NCBI GenBank assembly: GCA_050575255.1
Contig: JBNZDD010013724.1
Location: 7,485,658-7,549,657, forward strand
Source: Harriotta raleighana
Taxonomy: Eukaryota
Reading direction: 5' to 3'
DNA: 64,000 nt
Shown piece after piece: positions 63,601-64,000 of the stretch. Each line of letters opens with the position of its first letter. Position 1 is the stretch's first letter. Below the pieces are notes generated by a model. The model was not told the DNA's origin, searched no databases, and worked only from the letters and a program-made list of their open reading frames with translations. The translations under genes were made by a program, and so were the position numbers.

Positions 63601-64000
63601 TTCACCCATTCAATTCCAAACTATGTGACAAACCACTAAATTTAACAAGAAAAAATTGAATGTTGACAGATGCTGAAGTTACCCCTTCTGATCATACCCT
63701 ACAGCTTCAGAAGTATGAGATCCTAAATCTTTAATACAGAGCTCAGAAGCACTTACTTAAAAAGTAACACTATTTGATTTCCATTTCTAAGGAATGTTGG
63801 TATGTTTCCCATGTAATTCTGCCATTGGTTTGTTGCTCCAGACAGCTGTGTGGCTATAGATCACAATCTAAATTCTATCAGTAAATCTTTCCAGAGACAA
63901 AATATTTCCATGATCATATTAATGCGGTTTTAAGATCCATCAATTTTACTTTGCCCGGTATCATCTGATGCCCTTCTTTTTCTGCCATTATAAAGTAATT

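Overview
Eukaryotic (vertebrate) genomic DNA, most likely from a cartilaginous fish; the repeat landscape fits a holocephalan chimaera. It is AT-rich and dense in L2 and CR1 LINE fragments, tRNA-derived Deu-type SINEs with (ATT)n tails, Tigger-like MITEs and one hAT fragment. The only clearly intact coding exon is the alternative first exon of KCNIP4 encoding the KChIP4a transmembrane/KISD N-terminus (61648-61747, +), so the window probably lies in the long 5' intronic or upstream region of KCNIP4. The most unexpected signal is on the minus strand from about 1.25 to 40.6 kb. Between the transposons, manual translation finds at least a dozen decayed segments with immunoglobulin-fold motifs (B-strand Cys, C-strand Trp, xLxI...DxGxYxC), several starting at good splice acceptors. 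This suggests a large disintegrated multi-Ig-domain gene or gene cluster antisense to KCNIP4; each remnant is weak alone and the call needs profile-search confirmation. Other points of note are a 256-bp near-perfect palindrome, a perfect 36-bp inverted copy of part of an old SINE, MITE ends abutting (TAA)n tails, and uORFs upstream of the KChIP4a start. Direct duplications flanking single Ns are assembly artefacts. Repeat boundaries are approximate (read by eye).
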